DNA of 64,000 nucleotides from a virus (IMGVR_UViG_3300039155_000018:1-64000); one strand, 5' to 3'; positions 37,758-46,963 are shown, numbered from the stretch's first letter. Translations and numbers: made by a program. Notes: a model not told the origin generated them from the letters alone.

Positions 37758-39551
37758 TTAAAAATCAACTTCTTGAGGATTGTCCTTCAGCCAATCGTCA
37801 AAATCATACAATGTGTGCGTCTCGTTACTGTAGAAGAACTGTCCAGCTACCGGAGAAGTACGACCAGTCCAGCGGCACTTAGTCATCTTCATGGTTGTTA
37901 CGTTGCGAAGAGTCTCGTTCTCGTGTTCCTTGTTCCGAGTAAATAGCAAGTTACAAGCACTACTCTTAAAGATTGACGAAGAACCCATAAAATCCTCCTC
38001 ATGCAAGTCTGCCCCAGTCGAGTTTGCCTTGGCACCGCTGCTACTTTTGCGTACATGACTAATAAGAATGAAAGAGACTTGGTGACTTTTCACCATACCC
38101 TTCAACCACTTCATGAACACGGACTGTTCTTCATTACTCAAACCATCCAGAACGTCAGTCAGCGGATCAAGGATAATTACTCGGCAATCACAAGCAACAA
38201 TAAGTTGCATAATCTGCTCCTTGAGACTATCCAAACCGCCGTCACGTTCGTCGATCAAGTGGAATCGGTGCGTTCCATCTGAGTTCTTAAATAGCTCGAT
38301 AGACTTCTTATCAACTTCTTCAGAATTAAGGAAGTTAACCTTGTATTCCGCGTCATCAATCAAGTCAATCTTCTTGCTAATATGCCGAGAAAGAAGCTTC
38401 GTACCGTATTGGGCACAGTCACTCTCCAAACTCACAATACCAATCTTGTGTGGGCTATTGAAAGCCCAGTAATACACCATCTCTTCAGATATCGTGGATT
38501 TGCCCGCACCTGACATTGACCCCATGACAAGGATAGTACCAAGTGGAATCCCCCCGGCCATAAGTCCCTGAAGCTTGTGCATGAATGGTGGAAGAGGGAT
38601 CTTAGGCACAACAGCAGCCTGCTTGATCTTCTCCATCAAATCACCACTACCTACGATACCGTCTGGTGTGTAAGAAGATGCACGGAAGAACGCATTAATA
38701 AACTCTTTGTTCTTCCCAGCTTGCAGCATTTCATTCACATCTTTCATCGGCAAAGTCATAACAAAAACCTTACCCTTTGGAAGAACTTTTGCGAGCTTAT
38801 CCAAGGCATCCTTACCCGGAGCATCTTGGTCTGGGATCACAATGATCCGCTCAAACCGACTAAACCACTCGTAGTGATTCTGGACTTGTTTGAAACCAGC
38901 CAGCTCGCCAACAGTGGAACTAACAACTGGGATTGGCTCGTACTCACTACCACGACTTTCATTGTAATCTTTCAGCATCTGAAAAGCGCTGAGCTGGTCA
39001 ATCTCACCAGCAGCAATAACGCAATACTTTCCAGAAGACTTTGCAAAGCGAAAGTAGCCGAACATATCGGCAGACCGGGTGCAGTCACCAATTGCTGTAA
39101 ATTGCTTCGGCATACCCCTCCGCTTATAACCTACTAGCGTGCCGTCCTTGGTAATTGGATAATACTGTGCTTCTAGCTCCCCGTTAGTTGTGCTGTACTC
39201 TTGGCGTACACCGAAGAATGCACAAGTCTCCCGCTTAAGGCCACGATAGCCTTTCGGGTCTACAGATGTAATTTCTTTCAGCTTATTGTGAATATCTTCA
39301 TTGAACTCCGCGCCCACTAGATCAAACTCCTCTTCTTCAACTTCGCCATTAATTTCCAACCACTCTTGACTTGGAATTGTGTAATTACAAGAAAAGCAGT
39401 AGCCTCCCTTGTGCCGCCCATCTGAATCAAGGCCGTAGCGCATGAAGTTATCAGAAGACGCATCCCTCCCAAGCTTCACCTTACATCTCGGGCAGCCACA
39501 CTTCCCCTCCACTGAAAGGTCAATGTCGATCCCATATCGTGTAACGATCAC
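37758..39551 (-). CDS. bifunctional primase-helicase (T7 gp4-like)
   Basis: It has an N-terminal zinc ribbon (CGCPRC ... CFSCNY) and a TOPRIM region (IVIPDQDAPG). The DnaB-type helicase region has Walker A GSMSGAGKST. Confidence 0.8.
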   Translation of the reverse strand: MIVTRYGIDIDLSVEGKCGCPRCKVKLGRDASSDNFMRYGLDSDGRHKGGYCFSCNYTIPSQEWLEINGEVEEEEFDLVGAEFNEDIHNKLKEITSVDPKGYRGLKRETCAFFGVRQEYSTTNGELEAQYYPITKDGTLVGYKRRGMPKQFTAIGDCTRSADMFGYFRFAKSSGKYCVIAAGEIDQLSAFQMLKDYNESRGSEYEPIPVVSSTVGELAGFKQVQNHYEWFSRFERIIVIPDQDAPGKDALDKLAKVLPKGKVFVMTLPMKDVNEMLQAGKNKEFINAFFRASSYTPDGIVGSGDLMEKIKQAAVVPKIPLPPFMHKLQGLMAGGIPLGTILVMGSMSGAGKSTISEEMVYYWAFNSPHKIGIVSLESDCAQYGTKLLSRHISKKIDLIDDAEYKVNFLNSEEVDKKSIELFKNSDGTHRFHLIDERDGGLDSLKEQIMQLIVACDCRVIILDPLTDVLDGLSNEEQSVFMKWLKGMVKSHQVSFILISHVRKSSSGAKANSTGADLHEEDFMGSSSIFKSSACNLLFTRNKEHENETLRNVTTMKMTKCRWTGRTSPVAGQFFYSNETHTLYDFDDWLKDNPQEVDF

Positions 39552-39554
39552 TAC

Positions 39555-39818
39555 CTACTCCTTAATAACAAACCCAATAGAGTTTAGATGCCCTACAATT
39601 GTCTCAGCAAGGGCGTAGCTCTGGCAGTCCTCCACATGATCGTGCCCATCTTCAGGCACCCAGCCTTTTGCAATCTCACGTTCAGACGCAAATGGACTTG
39701 CGAAGTGGTCTGGTTGCCAGATCTTAAACATCACCTCCCCATCATATTCCACACCAGTTCCATAATACTTGCCTGTCAATGGTGCGACTGTCCACGCTTT
39801 CTTACTCAATTTACCCAC
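39555..39818 (-). CDS. small conserved protein, paralogue of 41067..41312
   Basis: The two share TGKYYGT, KIW.P.HFA.PFASEREIA.GW.P.DGH.HVED.QSY and LNSI. Confidence 0.45.
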   Translation of the reverse strand: MGKLSKKAWTVAPLTGKYYGTGVEYDGEVMFKIWQPDHFASPFASEREIAKGWVPEDGHDHVEDCQSYALAETIVGHLNSIGFVIKE

Positions 39819-39867
39819 TCCTTATTCAAAAGCTAGCTTTTGTTATTCCCGCTCATCCAAGAAATCC

Positions 39868-40434
39868 TCAGCTTTCCAGTTTAGCTAATTCCTTAATAAG
39901 CTCCTGCTTTCGACGTTCCTTAAGTTCTTCAGCCGCCTGAGACTTATACTTGTCAAAGATCTGATAGAAATTATCATAAACAAGCTTAGCATTTTCAGAT
40001 GTGAAGTACAAAGCGTGATTATTGGTATCAGAGTAGGCCGGCGAATAAGACTTCAACTCCTCAAAGAACTTATTAAAAGTATCTTTTGGATAGTACTCCC
40101 CAAAGATGTAAGCCCCTGTGGGGAACCCGATCTTGAACAACCACTCGTTCTCTGGTTGACGACCATCGTCTGACCAAGAAATAGTGCGGTTATGTTCTTC
40201 ACCGAACAGGCCGATAATCATAAAGTCATCGTAACGACTACTCCCAACTTGCATCCACTCACTGTTGGATTCCATGTACCGCAACGGGATTCCAAACTTA
40301 TCTGAGATCTTTAGATTAGCAATCACTCGTCGAAGTGAATCTGTATCTAGGTGGATGTTCTCGCCAATAGTGGCAGAATAGGTTTGGACTACTTCCAGAA
40401 TAGCCTCACACGCCTTAATTTTCTCTTGCATCAC
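39868..40434 (-). CDS. hypothetical protein
   Basis: A 188-aa ORF. Confidence 0.45.
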   Translation of the reverse strand: MMQEKIKACEAILEVVQTYSATIGENIHLDTDSLRRVIANLKISDKFGIPLRYMESNSEWMQVGSSRYDDFMIIGLFGEEHNRTISWSDDGRQPENEWLFKIGFPTGAYIFGEYYPKDTFNKFFEELKSYSPAYSDTNNHALYFTSENAKLVYDNFYQIFDKYKSQAAEELKERRKQELIKELAKLES

Positions 40435-40697
40435 TCTTCTCCCTTATCAATGATTTCCCAAATTTCTTGTTCAACCAACCCCTCAACATCCCCACTATAC
40501 TCTTTAAAACCAACGCTCTCCACCTTCTTTACAAATTCAATAGTATCCCCGCCATGAGCACAGGCCCCGTGGCAATACCAGCTATTTGTATCCTCATAGA
40601 CGTGGAGAGATGGAGTCTTTTCCCCATGCAAAGGGCAGCAAACTTTACTACCACTAAACGAGCCCGTATAGTGCTCAATTACATCTCTAATCACCAC
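40431..40697 (-). CDS. stand-alone CHC2 (DnaG-type) zinc-finger protein
   Basis: CPLHGEKTPSLHVYEDTNSWYCHGACAHGGDTIEFV matches the primase zinc-binding domain CPFHxEKTPS...CFGCGxxGD. Confidence 0.6.
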   Translation of the reverse strand: MVIRDVIEHYTGSFSGSKVCCPLHGEKTPSLHVYEDTNSWYCHGACAHGGDTIEFVKKVESVGFKEYSGDVEGLVEQEIWEIIDKGEE

Positions 40698-40709
40698 GCA
40701 TCCACTACT

Positions 40710-40937
40710 CTATTCCACAATCTCATAGTCCCTAGGACTGACATACCAGAAATCACTACCGTCCAGATAATCGAAACGACCCTCGTTATATTCACCTGTA
40801 CGGACGACAATCTCTCCGATAGAGAATTCATGTCTTGAATGATTGGCAATCACTCGAACACGAGTACCTACAGGAACATCACTCTCCATAGACCTCCTCC
40901 TCAATCTCAAACGCAAACTCTCCAGAGATAGCTTCAA
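40710..40937 (-). CDS. hypothetical protein
   Basis: A 75-aa ORF. Confidence 0.35.
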   Translation of the reverse strand: MKLSLESLRLRLRRRSMESDVPVGTRVRVIANHSRHEFSIGEIVVRTGEYNEGRFDYLDGSDFWYVSPRDYEIVE

Positions 40938-41066
40938 GCTCTTCCTCGTCTACACAATGTTCCCCAATGCAAGCAGACAGAAGCTTCCAGCCAATTTCGC
41001 TGACAGCTACTTCCATCTCATATCCAAATACATTAATGTTCTTGATAGTCATTATTAGTCTCCTTT

Positions 41067-41312
41067 CTAGAATTCCACTTTATAAGTGATCGAATTCAGG
41101 TAATCCACGATTAGCTTGGCAGTGTCGTAGCTCTGTTGATCTTCAACATGAACGTGTCCATCATCAGGAGTCCACCCCTCAGCAATTTCTCGCTCTGATG
41201 CGAAAGGTTCTGCAAAGTGGTTAGGACTCCAAATCTTAAAGACCGTAACACCGTTAAACTGCACTTTAGTACCGTAATACTTACCCTTCAACTCACCAAC
41301 AGTCCAAGTCAT
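41067..41312 (-). CDS. small conserved protein, paralogue of 39555..39818
   Basis: See the paralogue at 39555..39818. Confidence 0.45.
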   Translation of the reverse strand: MTWTVGELKGKYYGTKVQFNGVTVFKIWSPNHFAEPFASEREIAEGWTPDDGHVHVEDQQSYDTAKLIVDYLNSITYKVEF

Positions 41313-41752
41313 TTCACATCTCCTACAAGTCTATAACCAGCGTCGTATAGGTCTGCACAAATCTCCCACGAACCATAACCCTTGACGGCAGATTCCATCT
41401 CAGTGATTGCTTTCTTTCGTGCCTTCTCTACATCTTCTTTGTAGTATTGCTTCCCACCAATTTCAATCTTCTCTCGTATTTCTGGGAGGATCACTTCTTC
41501 CACCTTATAGTGTGCGAAGAGTTCATATCCCAGTGGTTGTCCGGTAGATAGTGATTTGTAACACATTTTACCCGACAAAATCCCGTCTTCGGATAACACA
41601 TTAGTAATGTAACCCACTACACCAAATACGGTGTATGGTCGGGTATGGAACCATCCAATTCCCTGTTCAAATAGCCAGTTCTGCACGCTAATACTCTCTT
41701 CAAAAGAGTTCACACGAATATACCACGGGTCTTTCTTCAGATCAAACGTCAT
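41309..41752 (-). CDS. hypothetical protein
   Basis: The start was moved to ATG 41752 (GGAGGAAGAGG upstream). The longer track ORF overlaps 41742..42023 out of frame. Confidence 0.4.
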   Translation of the reverse strand: MTFDLKKDPWYIRVNSFEESISVQNWLFEQGIGWFHTRPYTVFGVVGYITNVLSEDGILSGKMCYKSLSTGQPLGYELFAHYKVEEVILPEIREKIEIGGKQYYKEDVEKARKKAITEMESAVKGYGSWEICADLYDAGYRLVGDVK

Positions 41753-42023
41753 AAACCTCTTCCTCCACTGTAGATAAGTTTTCCAGAATCTTTTCTTCCA
41801 CGAGCACTTCGTAATTACTGAAAACGATAATAGCATCTTTCTCTGGAATGTCAACTCCCTCGTCAGATACAGCATAGCACTCAAAATCCACTTCAGCCGG
41901 ATAGCCTTGATAATCCCAATCAGAGGCTTCATCCCATCTGAATGTTCCGGGAATCTCTGGGCAATAATGGGAGATGTGGCACTTGAATGTGTACCCATCA
42001 AGATTGATGTACATCACTGTCAT
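41742..42023 (-). CDS. acidic hypothetical protein
   Basis: A 93-aa ORF. Confidence 0.4.
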   Translation of the reverse strand: MTVMYINLDGYTFKCHISHYCPEIPGTFRWDEASDWDYQGYPAEVDFECYAVSDEGVDIPEKDAIIVFSNYEVLVEEKILENLSTVEEEVYDV

Positions 42024-42523
42024 TTACGCATCCACTTCTTGTAATTTCCCCGAGGGTCAAACCCATCGTACTCTACAAATGTAACGTCTTCACCTCCCAT
42101 TTCTTCATCGATGATTGCGGAGATAATACTCCAGTCACCACCCGCGCGTGCAGCACCAATAGCAGGGATACCGAATCGCAACGACTTTTCACCGAAACGT
42201 TTCTTGATATCCTTGAAACAACTCCGTAGAGCATCATACTCACAAAGTGGTCCACCATTCAATCCTACACCATACCATCGGTACTGGGTGTAAGCATTGA
42301 CAACAACCCCGCCACTGTCAAGACCTGCACAAGAGATTGTTCCCAGCTTGCTGATATCCCAAGCCTTTGTTTCAAGGTCAGCAGCATAAGCTTCTGGGAA
42401 CTCGTCACGGATTGTCTTAGCAATACCGTCTCCCATGTTGTTACCGCAATTGCAACCATGGACAATCACGTCAAATTCACCTTCTTTAAACAACTTAATC
42501 AGGTCCCCTGTAATCTTCTTCAC
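42020..42523 (-). CDS. macro-domain protein (ADP-ribose binding / ADP-ribosyl hydrolase-like)
   Basis: DVIVHGCNCGNNMGDGIAKTI corresponds to the macro-domain VNAANxxLxxGGGVxxAI region. A second Gly-rich stretch GIPAIGAARAGGD follows. The protein is 167 aa. Confidence 0.55.
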   Translation of the reverse strand: MKKITGDLIKLFKEGEFDVIVHGCNCGNNMGDGIAKTIRDEFPEAYAADLETKAWDISKLGTISCAGLDSGGVVVNAYTQYRWYGVGLNGGPLCEYDALRSCFKDIKKRFGEKSLRFGIPAIGAARAGGDWSIISAIIDEEMGGEDVTFVEYDGFDPRGNYKKWMRK

Positions 42524-42777
42524 TCTGTAATCTCCTCAAAACTTCCGTTGGTACGAGTGTAATAGCCATCACCAAGGTCGATGGAACACTCTCCAAAGCT
42601 CAAGAAAGCCTTGGGGCGTACATTGTCCTTATTAAGCTCCAACACCTCTCCAGTGAGCTTACAACGAAACTTACGTCCAATCCATGCTTCTGGACGGAAT
42701 ACGTTGTCTCCTTGTCGTACAACCTCACTCGCTTCTGCATAGTCCATGTCAATCCTCCTCTTCTTGAATAAGTCCAT
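42520..42777 (-). CDS. hypothetical protein
   Basis: An 85-aa ORF. Confidence 0.4.
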   Translation of the reverse strand: MDLFKKRRIDMDYAEASEVVRQGDNVFRPEAWIGRKFRCKLTGEVLELNKDNVRPKAFLSFGECSIDLGDGYYTRTNGSFEEITE

Positions 42778-43345
42778 CTTCCATCATTCGCTTGATAGTG
42801 TCAAGACTCACGTTGTATTTCTCTGACAGCTTCTCTTCACGAGTCTTCTCAGGGATGTTTCGGAAATGAAAAATGTCCTTGATGAAGGCATGACAATATG
42901 TGTGGTTCAGCAGGTCGGTAATAAAAATCACTTCCTGATTCTTGCTCCAATAGGTAATGCGCACCTCATCATTTACACCAATACACATGATGTATTCCTT
43001 ACCTACTTCAAGATCGCCTACAGAGAGGATTTCTTTCGACTCTTTTTCCCCGTAGAATGGAATCAGGCACTCAGGAATTTCTACGCCTTCTTCTTTGACA
43101 GTGAAGTACCAGTATTCTTCTGAGTCACTCCATACCCAAGAGATATCCGCGAGCTGCTCGGTGACTTCCGTACTCCCATTCTCCTTGTAACGCACTCTAC
43201 CGAGGGGCACATATTGCGAGAGCCTAACAGTCCCGAGAAACGGACCCTCTTCCCAAGAATTTAAACTGTCAGCTTTGTTGACAGTTTCCCAAGTTTCCTT
43301 GGTCCACTCATATTCCTTACCCGGAATGTAATATTGCTTAGCCAT
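42749..43345 (-). CDS. hypothetical protein
   Basis: A 198-aa ORF. Confidence 0.45.
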   Translation of the reverse strand: MAKQYYIPGKEYEWTKETWETVNKADSLNSWEEGPFLGTVRLSQYVPLGRVRYKENGSTEVTEQLADISWVWSDSEEYWYFTVKEEGVEIPECLIPFYGEKESKEILSVGDLEVGKEYIMCIGVNDEVRITYWSKNQEVIFITDLLNHTYCHAFIKDIFHFRNIPEKTREEKLSEKYNVSLDTIKRMMEDGLIQEEED

Positions 43346-43989
43346 TACTGCTCCTCCTTTGGAGCGATTGGTTCTCCCCCTATAGCATTTAAAGCTTTTC
43401 TAAGGATGATCGAGTTTACTTGGTCCTCACTACTAGCGCAGCCAAATTTACCCTCAAACCGTTGTTTCATTTTCTGAGGGTGAGGATCACCCCATTCATA
43501 ACCTTCACTTAGAAACATACTTTTAGAGGCAAGAGTCTTCTTGAATGCATTGGTGAGTCGAATATTCATATTAACATCTGCCCAAATCTTGCAGATGGAG
43601 ACATCCATATACTCGATCACTTTAAATTGGCTACCTAGAGTTACAAGCTGGATAAACTGAACCTCCATGCCGGCAATTTTACATTGCCATACACGAATCA
43701 GGGAAGGCATTTTATGATAGAGATTACTCATCTCTCGCACACCACTCGAACTACTTCCATGAATTTCTGAGAGAGTTTTGATTTCCACATCTTTAAAGAC
43801 CTTCTGTAGTTGATTCCTGCAAGCACTCACTGTTGTGGCTGTAGAAACGTAGTAGAAGTCTAGGTCATTACACTCATTTCCAAAATACCAATCACGAGGG
43901 GCACCACCAGCCAGTACGCAATAAGGGTCAATAACCTTCAACTTCTCGTATACACCCTGAGCTGTAGCTTTTTGCTGTTCGATTGTCAT
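43345..43989 (-). CDS. Pol-beta-superfamily nucleotidyltransferase (CCA/poly(A) polymerase head-like), second copy
   Basis: It has VLAGGAPRDWYFG ... NDLDFYY, the GGxxRD / DxD signature. The start was set at ATG 43989 (GGAGGTAAGCGA upstream), which overlaps the stop of 43986..44195. Confidence 0.45.
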   Translation of the reverse strand: MTIEQQKATAQGVYEKLKVIDPYCVLAGGAPRDWYFGNECNDLDFYYVSTATTVSACRNQLQKVFKDVEIKTLSEIHGSSSSGVREMSNLYHKMPSLIRVWQCKIAGMEVQFIQLVTLGSQFKVIEYMDVSICKIWADVNMNIRLTNAFKKTLASKSMFLSEGYEWGDPHPQKMKQRFEGKFGCASSEDQVNSIILRKALNAIGGEPIAPKEEQ

Positions 43990-44195
43990 TCGCTTACCTC
44001 CTTCACTTGTAGAGAAATTACAACTTCGCATGTTTGATTGCGAGGAATCGTTGCTTCACATTTTTCTTTCAGGGTGTGCACACCACTGTAGCTAAAACCA
44101 AGAACCTTTTCATTAGCGTAAGTATGCACAATAAGGATAAAGAACGTAAAAATACCCCACCCTACGCACCTCAACAGCCATTCTTTCATTTTCAC
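43986..44195 (-). CDS. small membrane protein, first gene of the long - strand block
   Basis: A 69-aa ORF with one TM helix (GWGIFTFFILIV). Confidence 0.35.
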   Translation of the reverse strand: MKMKEWLLRCVGWGIFTFFILIVHTYANEKVLGFSYSGVHTLKEKCEATIPRNQTCEVVISLQVKEVSE

Positions 44196-44782
44196 CTCCT
44201 TTATTCGAGTGGACGCTCTTCTAGCGAATGAGCCTATCTTACCATCAATCTACTCTGCTGCGTCAACTGAAATTTTCTATAGCTTTACACCTCGCTGATA
44301 AATTTCTCCTATCCTCTTGACTTTCACGCTTTAAGTGTGTTAAGGTGGTTTTTGAAATTAACAAAAGGCGTTTCGGCAAGGTTTCCCTTGGCTTCAGCAG
44401 CTAAAAGCAAAACCAGACAAATCCCAAAGAAGGGCAATAGTGCCAGCACTGACTACCTCTGTCAACTGGCGACCTGCAAACGTCGAAAGACGGAGACCTA
44501 TAAGAACAGAAATGTTCTGCCTGCTTGATGAGAATATCCAAGACAGTCGTATCATCTTGTAGTGGTGAAGGTTAAGTCACCAAGGGAGTGCTACCTACGG
44601 ACAAGGTAGTTAAGGCATATGCTGTACGCCTTGAGAGATTGAATCTTATTCCTCTTCCACTTTACTGAGTGGTTGTAATTATCCTTAGACCGATATAAAG
44701 TCAGGTTGCTGCACGAGGCAGTGGCTGGGTAATTGCAGGGAGTGAGAGAGGGTTGGTTTATCTAAAATTTAATGGGGTTTAT

Positions 44783-45019
44783 ATGCGTAAGTGGTCTATC
44801 AATCCTTTGGTGCAAGAGCTTAGCTTCGATGAGAGAATTTCTGTTGTCAAGGAAGCTTTGGTAATGTATCATCAGGAGTATATTTTAGAGTCTTCCCGCC
44901 AAGAAGAATGGTTGTGGGGATTAGAAGAAGCTTTAGAAAAGCAACACTATAACAAAATTACAGACAATGCTGTTGATATGTGTTGGAAGATAATTCGAGG
45001 AGATTATAACGATAACTGA
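44783..45019 (+). CDS. hypothetical protein (+ strand island)
   Basis: The ORF is in the 44753 frame. The likely start is the internal ATG (MRKWS). Confidence 0.35.
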   Translation: MRKWSINPLVQELSFDERISVVKEALVMYHQEYILESSRQEEWLWGLEEALEKQHYNKITDNAVDMCWKIIRGDYNDN

Positions 45020-45156
45020 CAAAGCACGAGAACCTGCAATCATAAAAGTTGTAAAGATTGCAGACACAAAAGCAAATCTCAAGCAAAGTATTCTTGACAA
45101 CGACGAAAAGCGTATCGTAAAGTATGCAAAACAACTAATGCTTTTGGAGGAATAAA

Positions 45157-45396
45157 ATGCAAATCACACGTAATGAAAAACAATTTGAACCAATCACTAT
45201 CGCTCTTGAGAGTCAAATGGAGGTGGACGCTCTTGTGGATGTGTTGTGCCTCACCAATATCAACACTACGGGTTCGAACGAGGCTACACAGTTTATTTCA
45301 GTCCTGAGTGGTCTACTAAATGAATACGCTAGTAATAAACAAGGACTAGTTTATTACAATGAACCTGACGGTACTGTGGAAGTAGAAGCAAAGTAA
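45157..45396 (+). CDS. hypothetical protein (+ strand island)
   Basis: A 79-aa ORF with GGAGGAATAAA upstream. Confidence 0.4.
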   Translation: MQITRNEKQFEPITIALESQMEVDALVDVLCLTNINTTGSNEATQFISVLSGLLNEYASNKQGLVYYNEPDGTVEVEAK

Positions 45397-45410
45397 ATTA
45401 AAGACAAAGA

Positions 45411-45452
45411 AAAGCCCCTGACACCTCGAAAGAAGTGCAGGGGCTTTATTGT
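45411..45452. terminator. bidirectional terminator
   Basis: The 10-bp stem AAAGCCCCTG / CAGGGGCTTT is followed by TATTGTT on the + strand and by T-runs on the - strand. Confidence 0.5.
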
Positions 45453-45824
45453 TCAATTCTTATTATTTTCAATCTTTAATTCGGGACTAAAAGTATTAGT
45501 GACATTGACAGACGCTCTGCTTGTTATTGTGTTTGTTATAGCTCTGTCATACTTATTCACAACAACATCTAAACGCCTATTTATAGTGTTGTAGTAAGTA
45601 TCTTGTCTAGCCTCTGCCTTGGCCACTCTATCTTCTATATATTCAAGATTTTGCCTTAGTTGTTTTTGTGTTTGTTCTACATGCAAATCTATACGGTCTT
45701 GAATATATACAGTATCCCTAGAGCTTCCAGCTCCTTTGAGGAGAATAGTATTTAGTGTTACGCCAGTTACGATGATGACTGCTATCAGAATATGTCTGAT
45801 TGTTTTTGATGTAGATTCATCCAC
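45453..45824 (-). CDS. membrane-anchored coiled-coil protein
   Basis: It has an N-terminal TM helix (ILIAVIIVTGV) followed by coiled coil. Confidence 0.4.
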   Translation of the reverse strand: MDESTSKTIRHILIAVIIVTGVTLNTILLKGAGSSRDTVYIQDRIDLHVEQTQKQLRQNLEYIEDRVAKAEARQDTYYNTINRRLDVVVNKYDRAITNTITSRASVNVTNTFSPELKIENNKN

Positions 45825-45834
45825 TACTTCCTCC

Positions 45835-46170
45835 TTATTTTTTAGGAGATAGGATGTGTGCCTCTAGTCTGGAGAGTGAAGCTTGTTGACTCTCAATTTT
45901 GTTCAGGAGATTAGTGGAGTGCAGTTGTTGTACAGTGTTAAGTGTGTTAATCATAGCATCCATTCTGGAGTTGATACTATTAACTGCCTCTGTAAGCTCC
46001 TGCTTTCCAATCTTTTCTTTATCCAGAGCAATTGAATGTCTTTCTAGGTTTGATATCCTTACTTCTTGTTGCTTAAAAGTCCAGACACTCATTGCGATCA
46101 GCATCGACAGTAAGAGAGCGATGATGGACTTAGATACACTCCAAGCCTCTGCTTTAATTTCCAATGCCAT
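45835..46170 (-). CDS. membrane-anchored coiled-coil protein
   Basis: It has an N-terminal TM helix (IIALLLSMLIAMSVW) followed by coiled coil. Confidence 0.4.
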   Translation of the reverse strand: MALEIKAEAWSVSKSIIALLLSMLIAMSVWTFKQQEVRISNLERHSIALDKEKIGKQELTEAVNSINSRMDAMINTLNTVQQLHSTNLLNKIESQQASLSRLEAHILSPKK

Positions 46171-46438
46171 ATATCTTCCTCACTTCATTAGTCCACTCTC
46201 GTTGTTTTTCAATCAGAAGGTAGTAGTCGCCAACACAAGCTGTGTTTTGTAAATATCCCTTAGTCAAACTACCCAAAGAAACCCCCGCCCCAATTACAGT
46301 GCAGGGATGTTCCATCAATGTATCAGGGAGAAGGACAGGGATTTCCTTGGTTACTTCTTTTACAACTATCTGTGAGCAACTTGATAATGTTGTCAGGGAG
46401 AATACTATCAGCATCTTGAACAACGGGCTTCTGTTCAT
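46154..46438 (-). CDS. o-spanin (Rz1-like outer-membrane lipoprotein)
   Basis: The signal peptide has a lipobox (LSSC). The protein is short. Its gene begins inside the 3' end of the i-spanin gene in another frame. Confidence 0.55.
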   Translation of the reverse strand: MNRSPLFKMLIVFSLTTLSSCSQIVVKEVTKEIPVLLPDTLMEHPCTVIGAGVSLGSLTKGYLQNTACVGDYYLLIEKQREWTNEVRKIYGIGN

Positions 46439-46730
46439 TTAGGATTTCCTCTGCTTGTTTCAATTCATCTTGAAGGGAGGTTTTCCTACTCTCAAGCTCT
46501 TGTTTAATGTCTAATAGAGACTTCTCTGTCTGCTTACATACAAGGTCTGCTGCTTCTTTAGATTGCCTGCACTCGGAGAGTTTTTGTCTCTCGTCATCTA
46601 GACGTTTCTCTAGGGAAGTCACAACTAAATTAAGGCGATCTACTTCACCCGATAGCTGTACAGTTTTCACAATAAAGAATGAAAACAGAGTGAGAATTAC
46701 AAGGAAGATAGATACTTTGAGTTTTGACAT
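46323..46730 (-). CDS. i-spanin (Rz-like)
   Basis: It has an N-terminal TM helix, a long coiled coil, and a C-terminus with a Cys pair and prolines. Confidence 0.55.
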   Translation of the reverse strand: MSKLKVSIFLVILTLFSFFIVKTVQLSGEVDRLNLVVTSLEKRLDDERQKLSECRQSKEAADLVCKQTEKSLLDIKQELESRKTSLQDELKQAEEILNEQKPVVQDADSILPDNIIKLLTDSCKRSNQGNPCPSP

Positions 46731-46963
46731 TTTAGGGCTTCTTCTCTTTCAATGTCTTGCTCCGTCTGGTCGATAAACCTCCCGACTAGACCAGAGATAG
46801 CTACAATCGTCACCAAAGCCCCTAGGAGGGGCATACTGATGTGGGAGGAAAGGATTCCTACTACAGTGCCTAGTGTTAGTGAAATGGCAATCAGAAGATT
46901 ACCTAGTAGGCCCATGAAGGAGTAACTTTTGATAATTCTTTTCCAATCTTTATGCCATTTCAT
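46697..46963 (-). CDS. holin candidate
   Basis: An 88-aa ORF with two TM helices and a charged C-terminus. Confidence 0.5.
   Translation of the reverse strand: MKWHKDWKRIIKSYSFMGLLGNLLIAISLTLGTVVGILSSHISMPLLGALVTIVAISGLVGRFIDQTEQDIEREEALKCQNSKYLSSL

Noticed and set aside
44337-44528. Basic 63-aa ORF in the strand-switch region
   Set aside because: It has no RBS, a Lys/Arg-rich low-complexity translation and lies within a probable promoter region.
43986-45452. Lysogeny module (integrase/repressor) at the strand switch
   Set aside because: No recombinase motifs and no obvious HTH repressor were found in the small genes here, so lifestyle cannot be inferred from this window.
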